This document shows positions 32,242-45,068 of a stretch of 64,000 bases of DNA, one piece after another. The notes beneath the pieces are model-generated. The model did not search any database. It worked only from the letters and a program-made list of their open reading frames with translations, and was not told the DNA's origin. The DNA comes from an uncultured Gammaproteobacteria bacterium (GTDB lineage: Bacteria; Pseudomonadota; Gammaproteobacteria; Pseudomonadales; Pseudohongiellaceae). The position numbers were made by a program, and so were the translations under genes. Each line of letters starts with the position of its first letter. Positions within the stretch are counted from its first letter, which is position 1. The stretch spans positions 3,447-67,446 of the forward strand of contig CAXBOY010000005.1 in the NCBI GenBank assembly GCA_963977405.1, read 5' to 3'.

Positions 32242-33525
32242 TTATAATTTATTGATTATATTGTTTATTTTATCGAAGCATTCCTGATACTCCTGGGCGC
32301 ATATGGAGTCGGCGACAATGCCGCCTCCGCCCCAGCAATAGATCTCGCCCTGTGTGCAAAGCAGGGTGCGAATCATGATGTTGCTGTCAATATTCCCATC
32401 GAAGCCCATATAGCCCAGCGTGCCGCAATACACTTGCCGCGGGTCTGGCTCTAGCTCCGCAATGATCTCCATGGCGCGTTTCTTCGGCGCGCCGGTTATG
32501 GAACCGCCTGGAAAACAATTCCGCAATAGATCTAGGGCCGCGTGCTCAGGTGCCAGTTGTGCCCGAATACTGCTGATTAGGTGGTGCACATTACTGAAGC
32601 TGTGAAGCTCGAATAATTGCTCGACCTTGATGGAACCGGTGGTGCAGATAGTCCCCAGGTCGTTGCGCAGAAGGTCGACGATCATGAGATTTTCGGCTCT
32701 ATCCTTATCACTTTCTCGAAGCTCTTGGGCCAATGCCTTATCCTGAATGGGGTCAGCCGAGCGCGGCCGTGTGCCTTTGATCGGCTGCGTTAATACCTGC
32801 GCATCGTGTACCCGTATGAAGCGCTCTGGCGAGAAGCTCAGCACCGCGCCGCTTTCGGTGCGCATGAACCCCGCGAAGGGGCTGTGAATATTTTTACGCA
32901 AACGTAGATAGGCGCTAAGCGGATCACCGCTATAGCCACTGCTGAAACGCTGCGCTAGGTTTACTTGGTAGCAGTCTCCCGCTTGAATATAGCCTTGGAT
33001 GCGTTTAAACGCATCGGCGTATTGCGCTGCGCTAAAGTTCGCCTGGAAGGCTTGGCTTAATTCGAATTCCTTGGGGCTCAAAATTTCTTGGCCTAGGCAG
33101 TCCTTTACCTGCTCCCAAGTTTGGCTTGAGCAGCTAGGAAGGGCGAATAGGTGAGTGTGCTGATGCTGGTGATCTACTACGATTGCCCAGTGATAGATGC
33201 CGATATTGGCACTAGCGTCGTAGGCGAAATAGCCCAGCGCACCGCCGCTGAAGGGTAGCGCCTGCAGGGCATCCGGCATGGGCAAAGTCGGTCGTTCTTG
33301 ATTGAGTGCCTGTTGCACGCGGGCAAACATATCTACTTGCTGAGCTGGGTTGCTTAGTAATACGGAGGGCAGGGCGCTGATGATGTCATAGCGCCCGTTG
33401 CTGTCCAGCCCTAGGCCGCTGTCGAGTGCGACAAGGCCGGGCAATGCGCGCAGGCGACATAGGATGGCTGCGCTATCGCGTTCATAGGGGATAGTTTCGA
33501 GCAGGTACTCGCTAATTCGGGACAC
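32242..33525 (-). CDS. pabB: aminodeoxychorismate synthase component I
   Basis: 427 aa with chorismate-binding motifs FSPERF, IKGTRPR, AENLMIVDLLRND, GGSITGAPK and GGGIVADS. The short N-terminus fits PabB rather than TrpE. Confidence 0.85.
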   Translation of the reverse strand: MSRISEYLLETIPYERDSAAILCRLRALPGLVALDSGLGLDSNGRYDIISALPSVLLSNPAQQVDMFARVQQALNQERPTLPMPDALQALPFSGGALGYFAYDASANIGIYHWAIVVDHQHQHTHLFALPSCSSQTWEQVKDCLGQEILSPKEFELSQAFQANFSAAQYADAFKRIQGYIQAGDCYQVNLAQRFSSGYSGDPLSAYLRLRKNIHSPFAGFMRTESGAVLSFSPERFIRVHDAQVLTQPIKGTRPRSADPIQDKALAQELRESDKDRAENLMIVDLLRNDLGTICTTGSIKVEQLFELHSFSNVHHLISSIRAQLAPEHAALDLLRNCFPGGSITGAPKKRAMEIIAELEPDPRQVYCGTLGYMGFDGNIDSNIMIRTLLCTQGEIYCWGGGGIVADSICAQEYQECFDKINNIINKL

Positions 33526-33561
33526 GCGATGCCTCTGCGCTAAGGGGGTGGAATAGACGAT

Positions 33562-34359
33562 TTAGGGCATGACTTCTATGCGGATAGCCAGGCCACCGTC
33601 GAGCGTGGTCGTGGCCGTAAAAGGACCAATGTTATCGATCATGTTGGAATTATCTACGGCTTGCTGCAATGGAATCCATTGATTGAGACCTACGATTAGT
33701 GAGCTGCGCAGCGATTGACCCTGTTCGGCGTCTGTGTTGTCTTCAGCTTGTATCATCGATGCGGCGAACTCCAGTGCAACCTGCTCACCCCGCAACTCGG
33801 CCTTCAGAGCAATGCTCTGCTCTAAACGCTGTTTATCTTGCTGCAATTGCAGGCCGTAGGGGCCAAAGACAGGACTAATCTGTGGGGAATCCTGATAGCG
33901 GTTGAAGTATGTATATTCACCTTCCGTTACCCGCATATTTTGCACGGGATAGTCCTGACGCTGAGTGTTGACCGTGTTCAATTGACTGCCGTCGTTCGCG
34001 GTCTGCACATTTGCCGCAGCATAATTAAAATCAACCCGAATGAGCAATTGCTTCGGCGGAACATCGAGCTCGTCAATAAGAGCTTCAAGCTCGTCTAGAT
34101 TCGCACGCGATGTGCTAATGATCAGATTGTGGTCGATCTGGCTGATCGCACCACGCTCGTCCAGATGCGGCGCAAGCGCGCTTCTTATTTGGTCTGGGTC
34201 ACCGTACTGCAGGCGCACTATCTCGATGACCGCTTGCTGGTCTGCTGGAATAGATGAGTTCTGTGCTTGTAGCATCGGCGCTAACAAACCCAAACCCAAT
34301 ACGCAGGCTGCGCGCAGGGTTAGGCGATAGAAGGACTCTTTTGTATTAGCGATAGTCAT
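33562..34359 (-). CDS. exported protein with one secretin-N (NolW-like) domain and a short divergent secretin-like C-terminal region
   Basis: 265 aa. Signal peptide (LGLGLLAPMLQAQ). VIEIVRLQYGDPDQIRSALAPHLDERGAISQIDHNLIISTSRANLDELEALIDELDVPPKQLLIRV resembles secretin N-domains followed by the start of a secretin core. The C-terminus LAIRIEVMP resembles secretin ends. ATGA overlap with the roxA stop. Confidence 0.55.
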   Translation of the reverse strand: MTIANTKESFYRLTLRAACVLGLGLLAPMLQAQNSSIPADQQAVIEIVRLQYGDPDQIRSALAPHLDERGAISQIDHNLIISTSRANLDELEALIDELDVPPKQLLIRVDFNYAAANVQTANDGSQLNTVNTQRQDYPVQNMRVTEGEYTYFNRYQDSPQISPVFGPYGLQLQQDKQRLEQSIALKAELRGEQVALEFAASMIQAEDNTDAEQGQSLRSSLIVGLNQWIPLQQAVDNSNMIDNIGPFTATTTLDGGLAIRIEVMP

Positions 34360-35543
34360 ACAGCTTCATCTTCCTCATCGAGTGTGTCTGTTATCCACAA
34401 GCTGCCCTGATTATATAACGCAACAATGGTGTTTGCGTTGTTCTCATCAGCATGGAACACGGTAGCCCAATCGGGCTCATCGGCAAACGGGTCACAAAGC
34501 GTCTCGAGAATGGCATCGAAGGACGTTGGACTCACTAGGCTATGACCGCCTGCAAACAACTGTGTAGTGCCATCGGCGTCCTGCGTGAACGCAAAGCGAG
34601 CGATTGGATGGCGCTGTAAAGCGACGCCGTCCTCTAGCAAAAAGCCGAGTTCAGCCGCTGTAAGAGGGGCTGGCGTCTCGACTAAATCCGGATACTTTGC
34701 CTGAGTCATATACTTGCCGAAGCAGCGTGACACAAGCGACTTGTCTAGAAGGCGTTGCTGCAACAGTGCTAGCACTTGCTCGGTAACGATTGGACTGATC
34801 TCGCCGACCCGTTCTGGGCGTCGCGCATTCGTATCGACATAGCGCTCGTCTTCGCGTAGCGACTCGATTAACGCATTGCTGACGTCATCTAATAGCTCTG
34901 CCACCGAGGGTGTGCGAAAACCTACCGAGTAAGTGATGCTGGTGCCGATGGACTGCCCGTAGTGAGCAATGTTTGGCGGGATATAGAGAATGTCCCCCGG
35001 CTCGACAATCCAATCTTCCTGAGTCTCGAAATGGCGCAGGAGCTTCATGTCGGTATCGCTGCGCAGTTCGGTGTCGCTATCTACACGCCCACCTAGTCGC
35101 CAGCGCTTCTTGCCTAGGCCTTGGATCAGGAAGACGTCGTAGTAGTCGAAATGGGGGCCAACACCGCCGCCATCGCTGGCGAGGCTGATCATCAGGTCAT
35201 CGATGCGCCAGCGCGGTATGAAGTCGAAAGACTCTAAGATGGCGCGCGCGCCTTCGTCCCACTGATCTGCCGCCTGAATCAACAGACTCCAATGACTCGT
35301 CGCTAAGCTTCGCAAATCGGTCTCTGGGAAGGGGCCATTGCGAAGTGTCCAATTCTCTTGGCTTGGGTCGCTGAGGATCAAGCGCGACTCTATAAACTCC
35401 TCGCAGGCCATGCCGGCGAGTTCGTCTACCTCAAGAGGATCGGCGAAGCTGCCGTTGCCTCGTATAAGCAGTGGCTTCTTCTGCCAATACTCGGCAAGAA
35501 AATGCTCTACATCGAAAGACTTGGGCAATACAGCTGTGCTCAA
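34356..35543 (-). CDS. roxA: cupin/JmjC ribosomal protein uL16 arginine hydroxylase (YcfD/RoxA-like)
   Basis: 395 aa. The N-terminal FLAEYWQKKPLLIRG, the HFDYYDVFLIQ (HxD) facial-triad region and the PPNIAHYG motif are typical of YcfD. Confidence 0.8.
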   Translation of the reverse strand: MSTAVLPKSFDVEHFLAEYWQKKPLLIRGNGSFADPLEVDELAGMACEEFIESRLILSDPSQENWTLRNGPFPETDLRSLATSHWSLLIQAADQWDEGARAILESFDFIPRWRIDDLMISLASDGGGVGPHFDYYDVFLIQGLGKKRWRLGGRVDSDTELRSDTDMKLLRHFETQEDWIVEPGDILYIPPNIAHYGQSIGTSITYSVGFRTPSVAELLDDVSNALIESLREDERYVDTNARRPERVGEISPIVTEQVLALLQQRLLDKSLVSRCFGKYMTQAKYPDLVETPAPLTAAELGFLLEDGVALQRHPIARFAFTQDADGTTQLFAGGHSLVSPTSFDAILETLCDPFADEPDWATVFHADENNANTIVALYNQGSLWITDTLDEEDEAV

Positions 35544-35574
35544 GTGCGTACCCCGCTTAGCGACTTAGTGCGCA

Positions 35575-36960
<1,386 letters not shown>

Positions 36961-36976
36961 CTAGCTAAAAGATTTA

Positions 36977-37669
36977 TTAATGAATTGAAAATAGGTTGCG
37001 GCGAATGGCAGCCACACTGTCTCGAATGCGACGCTTGTAGAAAAAAAGGTGCCAGCGGCGCCCGCCGAGTTGATGCCAGAGTAGAGCGGAGCGTATGCCT
37101 GCTAAAAGAAGGGCACGAATCTGATCGGCCACGCGTTGATTACGCAGGTGTTCTACATTGCCCTTCACGTGGATACGGTAAGTCAATTTACTGATAGTGT
37201 CTTGGTACAGCGCGGCGAGTACGGCGTAGTCGTAGTTGTCGGACTTTGCGACAGGTGCGAGGCTGTCGGCATCGAGGTCCTGTTCTTCGCTATCGAGGAA
37301 AAGTGTTTCGCGTTGCTGCATGCGCTGCCGAATTGCAGATTGCATCTCCGGTACGTTCATCAATTGCTGCTGAAGGACGCTCATGCCTAACACATACTTC
37401 ATGGGTTCGCCGAACTCTCTCATGCCATCGCTATCGAGAGTTTTTTGCAGGATGCTCAGGCCATTGGAGAAGCGGCTAACATCAGGATAGATGTCCGCAA
37501 CCGAGTCAGGGTCTATGACTAAAAGAGGATCGATACAGGCTTTAATCTGCGCTTCGTCTGCGCGCCCGCTATGGGCAAGTGTATTGACCAGGTGGGCACA
37601 CTGAACCACGACGGCCAGCGTAATATTGCGATATTCCCAATCGCTAAACCTAGCGGAAGTATTGCTCAA
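36977..37669 (-). CDS. hflD: high frequency of lysogenization protein HflD homolog
   Basis: 230 aa. The N-terminal [20 protein letters not shown] resembles E. coli HflD. Sits in the conserved mnmA-hflD-purB position. Confidence 0.82.
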   Translation of the reverse strand: MSNTSARFSDWEYRNITLAVVVQCAHLVNTLAHSGRADEAQIKACIDPLLVIDPDSVADIYPDVSRFSNGLSILQKTLDSDGMREFGEPMKYVLGMSVLQQQLMNVPEMQSAIRQRMQQRETLFLDSEEQDLDADSLAPVAKSDNYDYAVLAALYQDTISKLTYRIHVKGNVEHLRNQRVADQIRALLLAGIRSALLWHQLGGRRWHLFFYKRRIRDSVAAIRRNLFSIH

Positions 37670-38822
37670 TGACCGCTCCTCCTAAACAAATTTCCCCGTC
37701 ATAGAACACGATGGTCTGGCCGGGCGTAACGGCGCGCTGTGGTGCGCGGAATGTCACCATCACAGTCTCATTGTCTATAGCCTCGACTGTGCAGTGCTGA
37801 TCAGCTTGACGGTAGCGTATCTTCGCCATGCATTGCAGTGGTAACTGTGGCACCTGATGATTGATCCATGCCAACTGGGTTGCCTTCAATGCGCTAGAGT
37901 ACAAATGTTCGTTCTCTTTGCCCTGTGCAACTATGAGTACATTGCGCTCAAGATCTTTGCCCACCACATACCAAGGGGCATCGTCGAAATCATGTAAACC
38001 ACCGATCCCAAGACCTTGGCGTTGACCGTAGGTGTGGTACATCAGGCCGTGATGCTTGCCTATGACTTCGCCATCTACGTTCTCGATCTCGCCAGGTTGA
38101 GCGGGCAGGTAGCGTTGCAGGAAGTCTTTAAACTTGCGCTCGCCGATAAAGCAAATGCCGGTGCTGTCTTTCTTGTCGTGGGTAACGAAGCCATGTTCGG
38201 CGGCGAGTGCGCGTACTTCGCTTTTTTCTAACTCGCCGACTGGGAATAGGCTGCGTGCAAGGCTGTCCTCGTTCACGGCGCTAAGGAAATAACTCTGGTC
38301 TTTATTCTGATCTAATCCTTTGAGTAGCAGCGTCTGTTGAGCACCTAGGTTGTCTACGACGGCGCGGCGCACATAGTGGCCAGTGGCGATATAATCAGCC
38401 CCCAACTCGGTAGCGTACTCTAAGAATGCCTTAAACTTGATCTCGCGATTGCACAAGATATCCGGGTTCGGTGTACGCCCTGCGCGGTACTCGGAAATAA
38501 AATGTTCGAAGACATTGTCCCAGTACTCCGAAGCGAAGTTGGCTGTGTGGAGTTTCAGGCCGAGCTTGCGGCAAACTGATCCGGCATCGGCTAAATCGGC
38601 TTTCGCCGTGCAGTATTCGCTGTCGTCGTCCTCTTCCCAGTTCTTCATGAACAGGCCTTCGACTTGATAGCCCTGTTCTTGCAGCAGAAGAGCGGCCACG
38701 GAGGAGTCGACGCCGCCGGACATTCCGACAATGACTTTGATAGAGGCGTTAGCCGCAGAATTTGTGGAATTTGCAATCATGGTTTCGAATTCAGTCTTGG
38801 GGGCTAAGTTGGCCCAGTTCAA
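37650..38822 (-). CDS. mnmA: tRNA 2-thiouridine(34) synthase
   Basis: [17 protein letters not shown]-loop, catalytic Cys context CNREIKF, and DQSYFL. An alternative start at 38780 (MIANS...) is possible. Confidence 0.93.
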   Translation of the reverse strand: MNWANLAPKTEFETMIANSTNSAANASIKVIVGMSGGVDSSVAALLLQEQGYQVEGLFMKNWEEDDDSEYCTAKADLADAGSVCRKLGLKLHTANFASEYWDNVFEHFISEYRAGRTPNPDILCNREIKFKAFLEYATELGADYIATGHYVRRAVVDNLGAQQTLLLKGLDQNKDQSYFLSAVNEDSLARSLFPVGELEKSEVRALAAEHGFVTHDKKDSTGICFIGERKFKDFLQRYLPAQPGEIENVDGEVIGKHHGLMYHTYGQRQGLGIGGLHDFDDAPWYVVGKDLERNVLIVAQGKENEHLYSSALKATQLAWINHQVPQLPLQCMAKIRYRQADQHCTVEAIDNETVMVTFRAPQRAVTPGQTIVFYDGEICLGGAVIEQYFR

Positions 38823-39268
38823 TCAAGGGTTTGCACGACATCTAAGGGATAGGCCTTACCTAGCAAGAAATCGTCAATAACGCGCAACACAACGGGGCTA
38901 CGCATTTGCTCTTTACGCGCTTCCAGCTCCGCACGGGTCAACCACAGCGCCCGCACTATGTCTGTGTCCAGCGCTAAGCCCGGTACTTCTCGAATGGCCT
39001 TGGCGATGAAACAAGTCCGGATATAGCAAATATTGTTCACGCTAGAGGTCTGTTGGTACAAGCCGAGTAAACCGGTGAGCTCGACTTCCCAAGCGGTTTC
39101 CTCAAGTGTTTCGCGCAAGGCGGCCTGTGCTAGGCTCTCATTCGCCTCGAGATGACCGGCTGGCTGATTCAATACTAGTTGGCCGTTAATTAACTCTTCT
39201 ACCATCAAAAAACGAGCGTTGTGCTCGACAACTGTCGCTACTGTTTTGTGGGGGTGCCACTGAGCCAT
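38819..39268 (-). CDS. nudJ: NUDIX hydrolase, NudJ-like
   Basis: [52 protein letters not shown] contains the Nudix box and tracks E. coli NudJ. ATG 39268 is preferred to the TTG at 39304. Confidence 0.8.
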   Translation of the reverse strand: MAQWHPHKTVATVVEHNARFLMVEELINGQLVLNQPAGHLEANESLAQAALRETLEETAWEVELTGLLGLYQQTSSVNNICYIRTCFIAKAIREVPGLALDTDIVRALWLTRAELEARKEQMRSPVVLRVIDDFLLGKAYPLDVVQTLD

Positions 39269-39446
39269 CGCTGAGGGTTTCCGCTGCTTTGTGCAAAGGC
39301 GCAATCCTAACGCAAAATGCGCCGAAATGCCTCTAGCATTGATGAATTACTGTCAGAGTAGCTGTGTGCATGAATCGCTTTAGATGGGAGGCTTTTACAT
39401 GGATAATACGGCTCGATGCAAATTAGCGATTTAGTGGAGCAAGAAC

Positions 39447-39926
39447 ATGGGTGAATTGACGCATTTGGATGCGCAGGGCAATGCCCACATGGTGGATGTC
39501 GGCGGTAAAGAGATCAGCAAGCGTTCGGCCACCGCAACCGCACTCATTACGATGCTTCCGGCGACGCTAGAGTTGATAGTGGCTGGCGGGCATAAGAAGG
39601 GAGATGTATTGGCAGTGGCTAGGATTGCAGGCATTCAGGCTGCCAAGAAATGCGCCGACCTGATTCCATTGTGTCACCCGCTGATGCTGACCTCTGTGAA
39701 GGTCGAGTTCGACATCGATAGCGACAATCACCAGGTACTAATCACTGCCCGCTGCGGCTTAGACGGAAAGACGGGCGTAGAGATGGAGGCATTGACTGCC
39801 GCTTCGGTTGCTGCCCTTACAATCTACGATATGTGCAAGGCGGTGGATAAGGGTATGGTCATAGAGAAGATTTGCCTGCAAGAAAAGCTCGGCGGCAAGT
39901 CAGGCCACTTCACGCGGCAGGACTAA
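39447..39926 (+). CDS. moaC: cyclic pyranopterin monophosphate synthase
   Basis: 159 aa. [37 protein letters not shown] and [24 protein letters not shown] are collinear with E. coli MoaC. Confidence 0.93.
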   Translation: MGELTHLDAQGNAHMVDVGGKEISKRSATATALITMLPATLELIVAGGHKKGDVLAVARIAGIQAAKKCADLIPLCHPLMLTSVKVEFDIDSDNHQVLITARCGLDGKTGVEMEALTAASVAALTIYDMCKAVDKGMVIEKICLQEKLGGKSGHFTRQD

Positions 39927-39957
39927 GAGCCTTAGCGACGCAATAATCGGGGATTTA

Positions 39958-40215
39958 TTGATGGTGAAGATACAGTATTTTGCGAGCCTGCGAGAGACCC
40001 TCGGGGCTCAGAACGAGGAGCTAGCGCTGCCTGCTGAAGTGCAGAATGTTGAGCAGCTAGCGCGTCACTTAAGCCATGACCGCGCTGGAGAATGGGCGGT
40101 GCTCGAGGATCCATCCCGCGTTCTAATCGCGGTGAACCAGACGATCGTAGAGCGCAGTCATCCGCTGCAAGGGACTGAAGAGGTTGCCTTCTTTCCTCCT
40201 ATGACGGGGGGCTGA
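39958..40215 (+). CDS. moaD: molybdopterin synthase sulfur carrier subunit
   Basis: 85 aa, ubiquitin-like, with a C-terminal EVAFFPPMTGG (Gly-Gly end). Confidence 0.88.
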   Translation: MMVKIQYFASLRETLGAQNEELALPAEVQNVEQLARHLSHDRAGEWAVLEDPSRVLIAVNQTIVERSHPLQGTEEVAFFPPMTGG

Positions 40216-40217
40216 GC

Positions 40218-40691
40218 GTGATTAGCGTACAGAGCGCGGATTTCGACATGGCACAGCTCTATGCGGCGTTACGCGAGGAGGCTGACAATGCAGGGGGTAT
40301 TGCGTGCTTTACGGGCCTAGTTCGTGAGTTCTACGAACCGGAAGACAAGGGCAAGGAGCCTGCAGTGAAGAGCCTGTTTCTGGAGCACTATCCTGGCATG
40401 ACGGAAAAGGCGCTAGCGGACATAGTAACGGAGGCGGAAGGGCGCTGAGACGTCTTAGCGAGTCAGGTGGTGCACCGAGTAGGGGAGCTACATGCGGGCG
40501 ATCAGATCGTTTTCGTTGGCGTTGCGAGCACACACCGAGGCGATGCATTCGCGGCGGCCGAATTCATCATGGACTACCTAAAGACCCGGGCACCGTTCTG
40601 GAAGAAACAACAGTCAGGTGACACCTCCGAATGGATAGAGAGCCGCGCTAGCGACGAACAAGCAAGAGCCCGCTGGGAGAAGACAACATAG
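40218..40691 (+). pseudogene. moaE: molybdopterin synthase catalytic subunit moaE interrupted by a single in-frame TGA (40446-40448)
   Basis: ORFs 40218-40448 and 40467-40691 are in the same frame. Together they are collinear with E. coli MoaE (LEHYPGMTEKALA, HRVGEL, FVGV, FIMDYLKTRAPFWKK). The TGA aligns without gaps to the conserved Trp. Confidence 0.8.
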
Positions 40692-40696
40692 AATCT

Positions 40697-41026
40697 ACTG
40701 ATTATAGGAGCTCATGCCCTCGTAAGGGGGTGCCTTGCAAGCGAATGGGTGCGATTGGTGTAGGTCTGTGGAAGATTTAGGCCAATCGCCTGCAGGGCAG
40801 GCTCCTACAGTCGGCGCATTTTTTCTAATCCTGATAGAAACCACTGATTGTAGGAGCTTGCCTTGCAAGCGAAGGGTGCGATTGATGAGGATCTGTGAAA
40901 GATTTAGACCTTCGCGGGCAAGGCCCGCTCCCACAGTCAGCGTAATTATCAAGATATGGGAGAACCACTGACTGTGGGAGCTTGCCCTGCAAGCGAAGGG
41001 TGCGATTGATGATGATCTATAGCGAA
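40697..41026. repeat. cluster of REP-like palindromic elements in alternating orientation (BIME-like)
   Basis: Forward units at about 40697-40780, 40841-40907 and 40965-41026 (CTGAYTGTRGGAGCTTGCCYTGCAAGCGAAGGGTGCGATTGATGA...). Inverted partners at 40781-40814 and 40908-40940 (ACCTTCGCGGGCAAGGCCCGCTCCCACAGTCAG). The core resembles the Pseudomonas putida REP as I recall it. Confidence 0.85.
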
Positions 41027-41565
41027 CCCACCTCAATCATCCGCGACTCACAGGGCATCAGACCTTCCAGTTGCCATGGGCCGATGCTTACGCGGATCAG
41101 GCGTAGGGTTGGGTAGCCTACTGCCGCTGTCATTCGTCGCACCTGCCGATTCTTGCCCTCGAATATGGTCAGCTCTACCCATGATGTTGGGATTGCCTTG
41201 CGCTCCCGGATCGGAGGCGTGCGTGGCCATACTTCCACATTGCTTAGTCGCCGTGCCTGTGCAGGCCGGGTAAGACCATCTTTCAGCCTTACCCCCTTCG
41301 CCAGCTCCTGTAAGGCCTCATCGCTAATTTCGCCCTCTACCTGCGCCCAATAGACCTTACCTAGTTTGTGTTTCGGGTCGCTGATGCGCGCCTGCAGTTT
41401 GCCGCAGTCTGTTAGCAATAATAGCCCTTCCGAGTCTCTGTCTAGCCGTCCCGCCGGGTAGAAACCCTTTTGCTCGATACACGCCGACAGCGTTTGCCGA
41501 TCGCTCTGATCCGTAAACTGCGACAGCATGTCGTAGGGTTTGTTGAGTAGTATTAGCCTGGCCAT
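41017..41565 (-). CDS. rluE: 23S rRNA pseudouridine(2457) synthase
   Basis: 182 aa. LILLNKPYDMLSQFTD, AGRLDRDSEGLLLLT, PPIRERKAIPTSW and GKNRQVRRMTAAVGYPTLRLIR are collinear with E. coli RluE. The last codons run into the REP cluster. Confidence 0.88.
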   Translation of the reverse strand: MARLILLNKPYDMLSQFTDQSDRQTLSACIEQKGFYPAGRLDRDSEGLLLLTDCGKLQARISDPKHKLGKVYWAQVEGEISDEALQELAKGVRLKDGLTRPAQARRLSNVEVWPRTPPIRERKAIPTSWVELTIFEGKNRQVRRMTAAVGYPTLRLIRVSIGPWQLEGLMPCESRMIEVGSL

Positions 41566-41665
41566 AAAGCGTCAATATTGTCCTGTAAGGTCGTGGTAGC
41601 AGCGAAATTGCGGTTCTTGCGGGCTTTTCGCGTCGTGTTTGCGTCTATTCTAACAAAGCCTCTGC

Positions 41666-41674
41666 TGCTATAAT
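41666..41674 (+). promoter_or_regulatory. candidate extended -10 element (TGCTATAAT) upstream of the isocitrate dehydrogenase gene
   Basis: Perfect TATAAT at 41669-41674 preceded by TGC, about 120 nt upstream of the ATG at 41794. I found no strong -35. Confidence 0.35.
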
Positions 41675-41760
41675 GCGCCGCAAAATAATCTAGAGTAGAT
41701 CTCTCGAATCTGCCGCAGTGTAGAGATCAGAAATGACAATCCCGCCACTGAAAACCCTAA

Positions 41761-44019
<2,259 letters not shown>

Positions 44020-44057
44020 GCGATCTGCAAAAAGCGTCGTTAGAGGGGTTTTCAAGA

Positions 44058-44087
44058 AGCCCTTCATCATTTGCATGGTGAAGGGCT
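44058..44087. terminator. hairpin between convergent idh and cspD (possible bidirectional terminator)
   Basis: AGCCCTTCA-12 nt-TGAAGGGCT forms a 9-bp stem. The flanking T-runs are weak on both strands. Confidence 0.4.
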
Positions 44088-44121
44088 ATTTGGGAATTAG
44101 CGTTTTAGAGATTCAAAGGCA

Positions 44122-44367
44122 TCAACTGTCGTCACCTGATTGTGCCTCGACGGACTGCTCTTCACCGATTGGTATAATGTTGGCAGCGTGTAAGCCTTTG
44201 GGGCCCTCTATAGTTTCAAACGAAACAGTTTGGCCAGCCTTCAGGGTTTTATAGCCTTCCATCCCAATGGCTGAGTAGTGCGCGAATAAATCGTCGCCGC
44301 CATTGTCAGGTAGAATAAAACCAAAACCTTTTGCGTTATTGAACCACTTCACTTGCCCAGTATTCAT
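44122..44367 (-). CDS. cspD: cold-shock-domain protein CspD
   Basis: [46 protein letters not shown] matches E. coli CspD, including the C-terminal extension. Sits in the conserved position next to clpS. ATG 44367 is preferred over the start at 44430. Confidence 0.9.
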   Translation of the reverse strand: MNTGQVKWFNNAKGFGFILPDNGGDDLFAHYSAIGMEGYKTLKAGQTVSFETIEGPKGLHAANIIPIGEEQSVEAQSGDDS

Positions 44368-44665
44368 GGCAAAACTCCCGTGTAACGTGTTGTTGTTATT
44401 TTTTGTACTTAGGATTAACACTTGCAGCACTTCGTATAACGCACTGCTTTATACTTGTCAACGTTGATAGCAGGCGTGAACGTCCCCATTAAGGAAGTGG
44501 TAGGCGGGTACTAAGCCCGAGATTACACGTTTCCAACGGTTGCCACAGGGGCGTTAAATATTTTTTTGATTCCATAAATCAGGCGTATCATGGGGGTGTA
44601 AGGCGATTTGCCTAGGCGCTCCGGTGCATTCGATCGAAGCAGCAAGTAATTAGGATAGAGGCAAG

Positions 44666-45052
44666 ATGGTTGAGACAGTAAACCCAGACGTGCGCTTCGA
44701 GCGTATTGATACATTAGTCACTGCGCAATGGGACGAAGATGCGGGCAATGGCCGCGATGGTGCGCTTGCTACCTCGGCCGCGCGCCCAAAGCTCGCTAAG
44801 CCGCCGATGTATAAGGTGGTGATTTTTAACGACGATTACACGCCCATGGATTTTGTTGTAGATGTCCTATGTACTTTTTTCAATATGAATGTAGAGAAAG
44901 CCACGCAGATCATGTTAAAGGTACACACAGAGGGTAAGGCAGTATGCGGGGTCTATACCAAAGACGTCGCAGAAACGAAGGCTGAGCAAGTCAATGGCTA
45001 TTCTCAAGAATGCGAACAGCCGCTTCTTTGTAACGTTGAAGTAGATAGTTAA
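44666..45052 (+). CDS. clpS: ATP-dependent Clp protease adaptor
   Basis: [51 protein letters not shown] and PLLC. Confidence 0.92.
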   Translation: MVETVNPDVRFERIDTLVTAQWDEDAGNGRDGALATSAARPKLAKPPMYKVVIFNDDYTPMDFVVDVLCTFFNMNVEKATQIMLKVHTEGKAVCGVYTKDVAETKAEQVNGYSQECEQPLLCNVEVDS

Positions 45053-45068
45053 ACGTAAAGGCAATCCT

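Noticed and set aside
39305-39446. Moco riboswitch upstream of moaC
   Set aside because: The 142-bp leader shows none of the conserved Moco-motif stems I can recognise. This can only be settled with Rfam cmscan.
40446-40448. TGA reassigned to Trp (alternative genetic code) as an explanation for the moaE stop
   Set aside because: Many well-supported genes in the window terminate at TGA at the expected length (glgB 6229-6231, glgX 8382-8384, moaD 40213-40215, rarA). The standard code therefore applies.
40695-41036. 113-aa minus-strand ORF, and a possible CRISPR-like array, in the moaE-rluE gap
   Set aside because: The ORF is composed entirely of REP units. The repeats alternate in orientation, are imperfect and have no uniform spacers, so it is neither a gene nor a CRISPR array.
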